This document shows positions 16,023 through 27,185 of a stretch of DNA of 64,000 bases, piece by piece. Origin of the DNA: Camelus dromedarius (Eukaryota); NCBI RefSeq assembly GCF_036321535.1, contig NC_087436.1:10292001-10356000 (forward strand), given 5' to 3'. The translations under genes were made by a program, and so were the position numbers. Each line of letters starts with the position of its first letter. Position 1 is the stretch's first letter. Under the pieces are notes generated by a model. It did no database searches. It saw only the letters and a list, made by a program, of their open reading frames with translations, and was not told the origin of the DNA.

Positions 16023-17129
16023 GAGGTCTTTCCAAACCATGTAAAACGTACCTTGCAGTACAACGGATTAGAGAGCTGCAAATTTGTTATGAGCTTTTCA
16101 GCATATGCGTTTTGTCTAATTTTTCAGATGGACAGACACAAAATGTAACAGAGTATTTTATCTTTCTCTTACTCGAAACAAAATCTTCTTGAAATAGTGG
16201 AAATACCAACGTGGAGGGAATCAAGAGAGCACTTAATACAGAACTATAATCACTGCATTATCCATCTAATAGCCTCTCAGGTTCTTACCAAGGGTAAGAG
16301 GCTATATTCTTTTCCCTGAGTCCAAAACAAGTCCTGAAGTTTGCTGAGTAAACAGATAAAGTACTAATTTATTGTAGTTTGATCAGCAAAAATTTTCTTT
16401 CTGGCAGACTGAAGGCCTGTGATGAGCCAAAAAGTAATTAATTACTCTATTTTCATTTTTAAAGGTAAAAATAAAGAAGTTATCTGGACGGAGGATTTCA
16501 GTGTGTTGTGGGGGGAAGTCGTTCATGAGCTGTGGGTCTCACCCTGTCCCTGGCGGCAGCAGGAAAGTTTTTTGTTGTTTTTTTTTCCATGAAGGATGTA
16601 TGTTTATGATTTTCGCCTTCCCTCACTTCAGCAGAAAGATGAGATGGAAAACCCTGCAAGCGGTTATTGAATCTCATCTTAAATTGGTGCTGTTTATATG
16701 TCATTCTTCACTCATAAAGCTTAGGCTGTAAATTTCAGTGAAACGAGACTCAAATGTGGGAATACACGATGTGTCTCTGCAGTAATTAGTGAGATAGAGA
16801 TTTGATAATTAGCCAGTTAATCTGATCGACCAAGACTGCCAAATTGGGTAGTTTATGTCTCAAAGTGAATTTATTTGGCTTAGTTGGTCCAAACTGACTA
16901 TGCACATTAATTACATTAACAACACAGCTGCCGGCATTCTCCTCACTGTAGGAGGCACGGAAGGAGCTCAGAGAGAAGGGGGATGAAGGAGACTGGAAGG
17001 AAACAAATAGTAGTGATAGCAAGTAATCAAGTCGATGAAGCTGAGAAGCAAAAAGATAGGATTGTCTTGTAACCTGCAAAGAAAGAAAGAAAAAAGCCAA
17101 GTCCCCGCAAATTTACAAAGGCAATCATT

Positions 17130-17251
17130 GTAATTTTTCTTAACGAGTTTAGAAGGACTTCACCTGCCAAGGGAATGTCATTTAATTACATATCTATCAT
17201 GAATAAAATGTTATTTCATTAAATAAAATAAAAATAAAATAAATAAAATAA
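17130..17251 (+). pseudogene. Tiny 5'-truncated retrocopy of an unidentified polyadenylated RNA 3' end
   Basis: Exact 13-bp TSD AAAGGCAATCATT (17117-17129, 17252-17264), AATAAA at 17202-17207, A-rich tail at 17221-17251. Confidence 0.75.
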
Positions 17252-17911
17252 AAAGGCAATCATTATCTAATAGTATAAGAAATAACAGAAAAGGAGAGAG
17301 GCAGAGAGAGATGTTGGTGTAATCCTATAGAAAATATGACCATATATCATCTTTCATTTAAATGGGTTAAAGATGATCAAAAACTTACTTCTTTGGCTTC
17401 TAATGACTTAAACAATGCCTCTTTTATTTATTGGAGTGTTTGAACTAGGATATGTTCATGTCCTTAACTGATCAGTCATTCTAGTTGCTGGATCTAAATG
17501 CAGTCTATTGTCACGAATAGGAAAATCCGCAAGACTCAATGATTTCCAAAAATAAAATCATAGGTGAAAATTTCAAGGGGGCAACCACCAAACTGCCATG
17601 TTAGACAATATGAATTTAGATACATTTTATATAGTTTATTAAACTCTCCAAAGTTTAAACATATCTAAGGAAAAGAGACACCAATTTGACATCAGATCAA
17701 TTTCTCTTTCACTGAACTTTTGGTTGAGGAAATCCAGAGGGAAAAGTTATGATTGCTTAAAGTATCAATATCAATTTCTTAGAGTGTCAACGGAAAGGCT
17801 TCCTTCCTCTTGTTTATCACATCTCCTACCCCACCCCTCAACATCCTGGAAAACCATGAATTCATGACCAGTTAGTTTGGAAAGTGTGCTCCTATTTCAC
17901 CAGAGATTCTT

Positions 17912-18211
17912 TTTTTTTTTTTTTTAAAATATAAGTACAGTCAGTTACAATGTGTCAATTTCTGGTGTACAGCACAATGTCCCAGTCCTGCATATATATA
18001 TATATACATACATTGGTTTTCATATTCTTTTTTATTAAAGGTTATTACAAGATATTGAACATAGTTCCCTGTGCTATACAGAAGAAATTTGTTTATCTTT
18101 GTTTTTTATATAGTAGTTAATATTTGCAAATCTCGAACTCCCAAATTTATCCCTCCCCACCCCCATTACCCCCTGGAACCATAAGATTGCTTGCTACATC
18201 TGCAAGTCTGT
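17912..18211 (-). mobile_element. Short camelid L1 3' end
   Basis: Poly(T) followed by gtcagttacaatgtgtcaatttctggtgtacagc.... TSD tttcaccagagattctt (17895-17911) / tttcatcagagattctt (18212-18228). Confidence 0.92.
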
Positions 18212-18755
18212 TTTCATCAGAGATTCTTAACTGAAATATATGAGTATCTGCAAAAATTAGAAACACACGGAATGCAATCGGTCTCCTTTAAAATAAATCC
18301 CTTCCTTTGGAAAAGATGCTCCAACTGCAAGGCTGTTTTTGGTGTCCGCTCTGCACAACAGATGATCAGTGATGAGGGATGATTTCCTGCCTGGCCCCAC
18401 AAAACCACATGACCTTCCTTCCCTTTCAGGATTATTGAGGGAACCGAAGACTGTGACAACCTCCAGTGTGACCACAGTACCACAGTCACAACCACTCCAG
18501 CTGTGTCATTATCCCCAGAGTCCGTTCATGATCAATAGTTCTTGCTCTTCAGTATTTCTTGTTGTGAGAATATTACCTTATGTCAAGCAAGGCTGAACGG
18601 CAGACGCTGGGATTTGAGAGCTTGCAAATTGTTGTTTTAAGTATTATTACAACATGTCCAGATGGGGACACATTTTTCTAGATGTGTTGAAACTATCTAG
18701 GTAACATTCACTTCTTTCTCTCCACAGAAGAGTTGAACATATATTTTCCAGAGGA

Positions 18756-18960
18756 GCAGTGCCTGTCCGATAGAACTTTCTGTGATGATGTAAATATTCT
18801 GCACCTATGTTGTCCAATATGGTAACCATTTAAGCCCTCATAATTATCAAGCACTGAAATGTGGCCAGTGCAACTAAAGAACTTCTTTTTAAATTTTGTA
18901 TCATTGCAATTAATTTAAATTTAGATAGCTACCCATGGCTAATGGCTACCACACTGCTCA
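18756..18960. mobile_element. MER3-like hAT-Charlie DNA transposon
   Basis: cagtgcctgtccgatagaactttctgtgatgatgtaaatattct...aaatgtggccagtgcaactaaagaact...tggctaatggctacc. Confidence 0.8.
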
Positions 18961-20717
18961 AAAGTCAGTAAGCAGCTACTCACTACTGTAAATTCAACCT
19001 TATAGAATATATTTTTTCATGTATCTCATAAAACAAATATTTTTCATCTTGCCCTTGAAGGACCCAGACTCTTGGGAGTCTTGGAGAAATATTTCCCCCA
19101 TTACTTATGGGATGGATGGGAACTATTCATATCATTAGACACATATATAAGAAATGAGATTCTAAATTCATCTCACAAATCTATTCATTTATATTATACT
19201 AAAAAAGGAAGTTAATAAAATATGCAAGTACAATATTGAAGAGTTGACGTTCAATGGAACTGGTCCACTGGACACACACTGAACTAGCCACTCCCAGTGT
19301 TGCTTCCTGTCTTGGCGCTCTGTTCTCCTGTTCTGCCTTTCTCTACCCCTGACTGCTCGGCATGACCTATTTTCCTAGGTTTCTAGGAAACTGTGCTTAG
19401 CTGGGTATTGGGTCAGGAGATCGGAGCTGTCTACATTCCTCGTGATGGCCAGAGTTCTTCACCTAAGGAGACTGAGGGCATATCGACTAAATGCCAATAG
19501 TGAGCTCACGCCTCACTGTGTCTGATTCACAGGCCAACCCGCAGCCCTGTTTCTGAATTTCACCTCCACCAAGTCTTTATTAACAGCGAACTCTGTTTTC
19601 GACTAAAACCACTTTGACTCTGGACTTCCCTTAAAGTGAGTCATCCTCTTCTTAAAGGATGTTCAGAGAGGCAACAGAATGCTAGCTGATGAAGCACTGA
19701 CAGAAGACATCCACCTTCCAGGTGGTGGAAGAGCTACAATGCTATTGATCCTAACTTCTTAGCAGGTGTTTCTGTTCATAGATTTAATCACTGACAATAC
19801 TTAACAGTGGAATTAAGAGCAGGCCTCTTAATTAACTATGAAGCAAAAATTCCTTGTTTTCGAGATGAATCTCTTTCCTCGCCAACCATCCAAATGTTGG
19901 TCACGTTGAGGTACATTAAAAAAGGACCCCCAAGGGGTCATCCGTCACCATTCAAATGTCAATGCCCCTCCTACCCAGACTCAGCTCCCCACCTCCCAGG
20001 GAGCCACATCTAGTTCCCAGGCAACACAAGAAGGCAGGGTAAGGAAGCCACACTGGACCCTGTGTGACCCCCATGCTGGGGGGCAGGGGTGGGGGTATCA
20101 GCCCCACGTTTCCTCTCTCAGATGCCAGAGTGCCATGGTGTCACTGCAGGCGTGACGGGGGACCCTGACATCAGGAAGGAGCAGAAACGACGGCTTTGAA
20201 GAAACATCCCGCCTTCTACACCCACGCTGCTCCTTCACGAAGGAGCTGTCGCTCACTGTGCAAGATCCCGGGCTGGAACTTCCCAGTAAGCCAGAGAACG
20301 TTCCCTGGGGGGTGATAATAATCAGTACTTTTTTGTCCAAAGATGGGGAAAGTGCCCCAAACCAGGAGGCTTGTTTTGCAGCCAGAGAAGAGGATCCTGC
20401 TAACGAGACTGTGGGCCCAGAGGCCAGAAGAGCCCGGGGCCATCTCACTCCGACAACTCTCACACCCTAATCTGAGCCGAGCAGTCTCTCCCCAAACCCA
20501 CCCCTCCCACCCTGGCCAAAGGCCCAGGAAGCTTTCTAGATGACTCTGGCCACTGGCAGCCGACTTCCATGGGCTCTGCTTTTGTTTATGACATAGCTCT
20601 AAACTGCCCACTAAATCCTGCCTCAGTGGACTGTTTAACCTCCCTCCTGGACCACCAGGCTCTGCCCATCTGGCCTCTGCCTTTGGGCCGGCAAGTCTCC
20701 AGCCTCCAGCACACCCT

Positions 20718-20885
20718 TTGGCAGTGGCACCATGGACATCTGGGGCCGGATAGCTCTGTTGTTGGGTGGCTGTCCTGTGCCTCCCAGGGGTCTGGCAGCA
20801 TCCTTGCCTCTCCCCTCTAGATGCCAGGAGAACCCCCCCCTCCAGCTGTGACAATCCAAAATGCTGCCCAACGTCCCAGGGGCTT
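20718..20885. mobile_element. MER20-like hAT DNA transposon
   Basis: ggacatctggggccggatagctctgttgttgggtggctgtcctgtgc...cagcatccttgcctctcccctctagatgccag...gtgacaatccaaaatg. Confidence 0.8.
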
Positions 20886-21844
20886 TCATCAAGGCTGTAG
20901 ATTCAAGTCACCTGGGCTTTTAAAAAACACCAGTGTTTGGGCTCCACCAGACTTAATTACCTCTTAAGTAAGTCAGAAACTAAAAAAAAAAGAAGTACTT
21001 CCAACGCTTCCTGCCATCAGAAGGCTTGGTGAATTGAACATGGTAGTGCATGTTGAAAGCAACCACAGCTAAACAAAGATTACATAGTTTAAGGACCATG
21101 TTACCGAAGGGAAACGGAGAGTGTATTCGAAACTCTCTGGTGCCTTTGCTTTTCCCGATACACCTGAGGCCGCAGGCTTAATTTAATTGGATAACAAAAG
21201 CCAAGGAGCATTCCTGTATCCGAATGATGATCCTTTATCATCTTTGGTGTGGTCACGAGGTCACCTCAACCAATGGTCAGGTCAACAGCCTTCCCCAGGC
21301 TGGGTCCCAGCCCCACACCCTCAATCCTCAAAATGCTTTAGCAGAAAGCAGGGTTGACCTGGGACTACACCCAAAGCTTCCCAAACCTGTGGCTTTTCCT
21401 CGTCATTAAGGTCCTGGAGAGCTACCGAGGCCTGTCCTAGAGGAAATTCTGAGAAAACCAACCAACCAAATAAAATCAGAAATAAACCTTTATGGTTTAT
21501 TTATCTTTCTTTTTCTCTCTCCAGTCCTTTATGGACGAACACTCTTGAAAAGCACAATTAAACATGACCGTGAGACTGTATGCTGTCGGAATGTAAAACT
21601 GCTCTAAAATTTCTAAACTGCTTTGGTCCGATTCCCTAGGAGAGGAGCCTGGGAGTAGAACTCTTGGCGGAGCAATTCACTAGGGCGGAGTCTTAGATGT
21701 GAAAAGAGAGAAGTTATGGAGCAGAAGCTGCGAGCAAGGCAGGATGCCGTCTTACCTGACCACCAGCGTCTGATGACCCCATATGGCTGCTTGGCACACA
21801 AACTGTGCCCAGTGTTAATCCTGACTTGAGAGCCCCCTTCCTCC

Positions 21845-22450
21845 AAGCCGCCTGGACCCACTGGTGTGGGGCGGGCGCAGCCTCGCTGGCAGTCAGGTTC
21901 CCGCCTGGCCGACGGCAGGCCCAGCGGAGGGCGCAGGTGCGCGCCGCGTTACCAGCCAGCACGCCCGGCAGCTGAGTGCGGGGCTCCGGGGGCGCGGGGG
22001 TCGACAGCGTCCACCCTGGACGACGCAGTGGGCCACTCAGATCCGCCTGGGAGTCACAGCCAGTTCACTGCCCCTCCACTCCCCGCAGCTTCTCCAGCAT
22101 TCCGAGAGGTTCCACCGTCAGGAAGCTCATAGAAGAGGAGGTTCGGAGGGAGGAACTCTAGCCCCCCCGCTGCTGCCGTTGCTCCGGAGATCGGAACTGA
22201 TACTCGTCACCTCCCTCACGGCACGCCCCCTCCCAGGTCTCTGTCACCTGCGTCGCCCCTTCTGCTGCTCTAGGGGGCGTGCTCGAGGGGCTGCGCGCCC
22301 AGTGACCACGCCCTTATCAGGCTCCGGTTCCCGTACTCGCCTGTTTACAGCCACAGCGCCCGGGAGCGAGGCGCCGCAGTCCGCCACTGAGGGGCGAACC
22401 TGCTTCTCCCTGCCCCCATTATCTACGCACATCAAGGCTAAGGGCCAACT
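21845..22450. promoter_or_regulatory. Intragenic CpG island / candidate alternative promoter
   Basis: About 50 CpG by hand count in 600 bp of GC-rich, non-repetitive sequence in an otherwise CpG-depleted window. SP/KLF boxes (GGGGCGGG ~21868, GCACGCCCCC 22221, CCACGCCC ~22306) and a CTCF-like GCTCTAGGGGGCG at 22267-22279. Confidence 0.8.
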
Positions 22451-22815
22451 GCTCCTGCGGGAAGGGTAACGGATGCTTTCACCTGCTGGGATACTGGCAG
22501 GACGAGCTCAAGGAGGCCAGAGAGCAGTCATGGCTTGAAATTTAGTGAGTCCTCGGGTGGGACCTGGGAACGCCAGAGTCTAATGTGATGGCCTTGGAAG
22601 CACAAAGTCTCCCCGTGGATCGCGGGACTAGGGTGACCTGTGAACCGGCAACTCCTACTTTTCTCCCGTAATTTCTGGACCTGTAACAAGCAAAGCACCG
22701 TTTAATGGATGATGGTTTGAAAAACATCCTGCATTCTGTGGGATACTGCCCCGTTCTCCGGGGGTGTCTTTTCTAAGCCGATACCTCGCACGCATCTTCA
22801 AAAGGCTATATAATT

Positions 22816-23164
22816 TTCTTTGGTATTATCGTGTTGCTTTTGGGGTTTTGTGACTATTGATTTGTGGCTACCTTGTTTTTTAAGTATATTAACCCATTCC
22901 TATATCTATTTGCTTTAAACTTGAAAGGGGGTGGGAAGGCATACTTTTGGGAGTTCGAGATTTGCAGACACTAACTACTACGTATAAAAATAGATGAAAA
23001 ACAGATTTCTTCTGTAGAGCACAGGGAATTATATTCAATATCTTGTGATAATATTTAATGAAAAAGAATATGAAAATGAATTTATGTATGCATATGCATG
23101 ACTGGGGCATGGTGCTGCACACCAGAAACTGACACATTGTAACTGACTGTACTTCAGTTTTCAA
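22816..23164 (+). mobile_element. Short camelid L1 insertion with inverted 5' segment
   Basis: Exact 16-bp TSD AAAAGGCTATATAATT (22800-22815, 23165-23180). 22921-23164 is L1 3'UTR on plus (same family as 17912-18211); 22816-22920 is an inverted L1-like segment. Confidence 0.88.
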
Positions 23165-24439
23165 AAAAGGCTATATAATTGCTGTATCAGACTGACAGCA
23201 TCTGGCAGATGGGACATGTGCTGAGTGTGGCATCCGATGGCCACACATCCACTGTGCACCTTTTTGCTGTAAAATGAGTCCCTGTGTCTGCTATGGTCTG
23301 AGGTAGAGTCATTTGGAGCTATTGGTGGGAGCTGGAAGCTGTCACGTGAGACTCAGGGCTAGGAACAGAGCCAGGTAATGAGACACTCATCTTAGGCATG
23401 CCATGGAAGGGGGCATCAAAACACTCAATAATCAAGAGAGAAAACTATTTTAAAGCAATATTTCAAAACGTTAATGCAAAAACAAAAATCCATGATGAAC
23501 AAACAGCACAATTTAAATATTTAGCAAATCAGTATTACAGATTTTTCCACTCCTCTGGCTGCATATGGCCTGATATAGCACTGACCCTGTTTTTATTGAA
23601 ACATTTGATGGATTATTTATCATAGAGTTTTTACAAGACATTTGATTCTTAAAGTCTTGCAAAACTGATTGGGATTATGGAGTTTTGAGTACCACCCCCT
23701 TACACTTTGTGTCTGAGCCTACTGCTTTACGTACATCACCTAGCACCCTAGTCCTGGCTTAAGAGGCAGATCCAAATTGGAAGGTGCCAGACACGATCAA
23801 GCTGCTCCCAGTGGCTGACTGGTCTTCTGGATAAATGGTACTAAACTAGGGGGCTTATCACCAGCCTCAGCCTCTTCAGGTCAAGTGTTCATTCAGCAGG
23901 ACAGGTGGCCGGGTCAGCCCTGGTGAGGAGGAGACCACGGCATTGTGCCCATGCAAGGCCTCTTTCCCTGCCACCATGGCTACTCCATCTACAGGCCCTG
24001 ACACAGCCACGGGAGAGCTTGGGACAGGGACTACCTGGGACCCACCAGATAAGCCATCCTTCCCCATTTTGTGCCTCTTCTGCGATAGAGGTTCTTTGGT
24101 GGGTATTAAAGTAGGATTTAAAAAAATGCTCACATGTTCTGTATTTAGGGTGAAAGGCTTGACTTTGACTTAGGGAAAATCTCTGAAGAGGGAGGCAGCA
24201 GGTGAATTATGTGAAAAGACTCAGAGAAAGTGGGAGAACGTAGCTGGTGGTGAGCATCTGGGTGGGGTGTCAATTATATCCGTTATAAACACATGTACTT
24301 TCTGTCTTGCACGTATTGGTAACAAGACGTCATAGACTGGCCTCATCTAAGGATCGCTGCTCTACATCCCCATAGACTCCACGTGAGAAACACATGTTCA
24401 AAAGCTAACAGAAAAAAAACAAAAACAAAAAAACAGGCT

Positions 24440-24965
24440 TTACTTGCTCATTCAGTGCGTATTTACTGAGTGTATACTCCTTATCGGTCACTTTTTAGGT
24501 GCTGAGGAAGCACTATGGAACAAAGAAAGAAAGTTCTCGTTCTTGTAAAGCTTAAAATAAACAAAGAAAATGTATATAGTATTGCAGACTATGACAAAAT
24601 CCTTTAAGAAAAATACACCAGGAAAGGAGATAGGTCCTCACTGAGAAGGTGGTGTGTAAGTGGAAATGGGAGAAAATCGAGGACGCCAGGTGTGCAGACG
24701 TCCAGGGAGTGAGCGTTCTGACAGCAGACACCAAATGCTCCAAAGTAGAAGCCAGTGTGCCTGGAGCTGAGTGACTCTGAGCAAGAGAAACAAGAAATAC
24801 TCGTAGAGAGAGAGTGCAGGGCCAGTGAGGGCTTCTTGGCCGGGGTAAGGCTTTATGGTTTATTCTGAACGGTGTCGGAAACCATTGAGGGTTTAAACAG
24901 GAGCAAGACACTCTCTGAATATATCTGAAAAGGATCATATTGGCTGTTGTGTTAGAACAGACTTC
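24440..24965 (-). mobile_element. L2 LINE 3' fragment
   Basis: cattcagtgcgtatttactgag...aggtcctcactgagaaggtggtgt...ggaaaccattgagggtttaaacagg...aaaggatcatattggctgttgtgt, typical of antisense L2. Confidence 0.8.
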
Positions 24966-25539
24966 AAAGGACAGACAGGTGGTTGTTTCCATCATGTCAT
25001 CACGTAATGTCTAGTCTGCTCCTGCAGAAACCTGGTGGGCCAGGCACATGGCAGTAAAGCATGGCAAATGTAAGCTCTGAGTGCAGCTGCTGAGCATCAG
25101 GTGCTGTCAGTACTGGGTACTGGAGCACATCAGCACAGTGTCTGGCATGTGGTATGAAGCCCCTATCCTAGCAATGTGTTCTTTTCAACACGCGTCGTAA
25201 ATAAGGATCGAAACTGTCTGCTTGCACCTGGCATGGACAGCAGTACACATCCCTGCTCCAGCCCCAGGAATAGGGCACATACAGACTGTAGGTAACCTTA
25301 ACTGGCTGGCGATTGTCAAACATCAGATCGGTACATTGTGTGATGATATCATACAAATCAGATCTACTGGGCAGGAAGGGCCAGTGAGCTGAAGACCTGA
25401 TTAGGACACGCATTCCAGAGGGCAGAGAAAGATCCCACGAATACCTGGGGACTGGCCAGACCAGGGAACCCTTACAGACCCCACGGTGTGGTGCGTGTCC
25501 AGACAGTCCCTTCAGGATGAAGGATCATTCGGCATCTGA

Positions 25540-26330
25540 ACCCTCTATTAAGAAAGACAGTGCCTGGTGGGATTCTGGGTTTTAGAGCAAAAACCACACT
25601 TTGGAATAATTCTCAGACCCTTTATCAGATGACTCAGGAGGCTGCCTGTTTTGATTGGGGACTGGAATGAGAGAATGTTCTGGAGCAGTGTAAGTTTCAG
25701 TAAAAGCAACCTTAATGCCAGAGCCACAATAAGAGGCAACTCTCACACTATATACAGAGGTACCATGGGAAATAGGAAAGTAATGCACGTTCTCTGTCAA
25801 GCCCCAAATGGAGATATGCAGTGAAAACCCTAGTGTTCTGGACCAAGGCCATGCCACTGCAGAGTTCTCATAGTATGGAAAGCAGCTCCTGGCACGCAAC
25901 TTGGCTCTAGAAAGACTGATCAGGACATCAGTGGACCCCATGACTGGTCCATCAGGTCTACGCTCAGGACATCAGTGGACCCCATGATGGGAGCTTCCCC
26001 TCATGAGCTTGATAACACAATTTCCATTGTCTGGTAGGCAGAGCAGCAATTCACTGAACAATGGACTTAGCCATCATGAGGAGGCAGGGTTGTGACCACA
26101 TAATGAGGAAGCAAAATAAACTTTAAACCTTGGGGAATCCACTGCAGCATGTTCCCACTTACCCAACACCCAGGTGTAACTTCAAATGGTTGATCACAGC
26201 AACCCCAGCCTATTCAGGGCATGGTGATAGGACTGGGGGATCAGAGACCCCTCACCAGCAAGCCGGCTCATCTGACAGAACTGATCAGTGGGAATGAGGG
26301 ACACTGGGGATGAGCAGGCAGAAGAGAGGA
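25540..26330 (+). mobile_element. Degenerate ERVL/MaLR internal (pol RT-connection/RNase H) relic
   Basis: Frameshifted translations PHFGIILRP-YQMTQEAACFDWGLE*ENVLEQ (~25596-25688) and LVFWTKAMP...KQLLA..LAL (~25830-25915). These resemble recalled ERVL pol PHLGxLLRPIYxVTRKAASFEWGPEQEKALQQ and PLGFWSKAMP...EKQLLACYWAL. Confidence 0.75.
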
Positions 26331-26389
26331 ACCAGTGAGGGCTTTGGCAGCTCATCCTACCAATCCATGTCTTCTCACCTTTTCCTCAG

Positions 26390-26858
26390 ACATTGTGACC
26401 AGTCATCATCTGTACGTGACCAAGACAGGATGGGACGAGGTCACATGGATCTAAGTGGTCAATGGACAGGCTGTAGCAGGTGCCACCAAGACCCAGTCTG
26501 GCCCCTTTGACCGTGTCAGAACCTGACTCCTGCAGCTTCTGGGCACTTTGGTTTCCAAAGTCTTGTGACCGTGATTCTCTTTGGAAAACTGCCCTTGGCT
26601 TAAGAGAAAGTGCCTGGACACTTCCCTCTAAGTGACCTGAGCCTGGATGGCTGGTGAAGAGGAGACAAGCCCTGCTCCCATGCCTTGGGAGGGGGACAAC
26701 TTCAAGTTCACTTCATAGGGCAGGGTCCTCTTGCAGAGCAGGAGAACCTTTCTTGACTTCCTTCTCCTCCGTCCTGCTGTTCTGACTGCACTCCCACAGT
26801 GCAGCACTGCAGAAAATTCCATCTCAGAATTGGCTTCTAGGACACCTGCCCTGAGACA
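26390..26858 (+). mobile_element. Old ERVL/MaLR-type LTR adjoining the internal relic
   Basis: Terminus catctcagaattggcttctaggacacctgccctgagaca resembles an old MaLR/ERVL LTR end. Orientation and left boundary are uncertain. Confidence 0.45.
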
Positions 26859-27030
26859 GATTCCTGTTACACACTCATGTGGAAAATCAAGGTAGAATAC
26901 TTGAGTCTGGAATTCCTGGCAGAACTCTGGGCTAGAAATATCTATTTGAGAATCATTGGCACATTGATTCTACCAGTCGTGAGGCCAGATGAGATTGTCT
27001 GAGGAGTGAGTGTAAATAAAGAAAAAAAGA

Positions 27031-27185
27031 GCAAGGGTAGGTCTCAGTGGTAGAGCACATGCTTAGCAGGCACGAGGTCCTGGGTTCAATCCCCAGTACC
27101 TCCATCAAATAAACAAATACATAATAAATCAACCTAGTTACCCCTGCCACCCAAATAAGCAAAATTTTAAAACAAGAAAGAAAAA
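27031..27185 (+). mobile_element. Camelid tRNA-derived SINE (Vic-1-like)
   Basis: ctcagtggtagagcacatgcttagcaggcacgaggtcctgggttcaatccccagtacctcc followed by AT-rich linker, aacctagttacccc and tail. Confidence 0.9.

Noticed and set aside
20216..20854. 212-aa minus-strand ORF
   Set aside because: Begins within a MER20 element at a non-ATG codon and has no recognisable domain or exon structure.
21495..21524. Plus-strand polypyrimidine tract + CAG just before the CpG island
   Set aside because: No supported antisense exon or partner donor; isolated acceptor-like tracts are common.
21864..22469. 201-aa plus-strand ORF and overlapping ORFs in the CpG island
   Set aside because: GTG start, low-complexity R/G/A/P composition and no recognised homology. 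Long ORFs are expected in GC-rich DNA.
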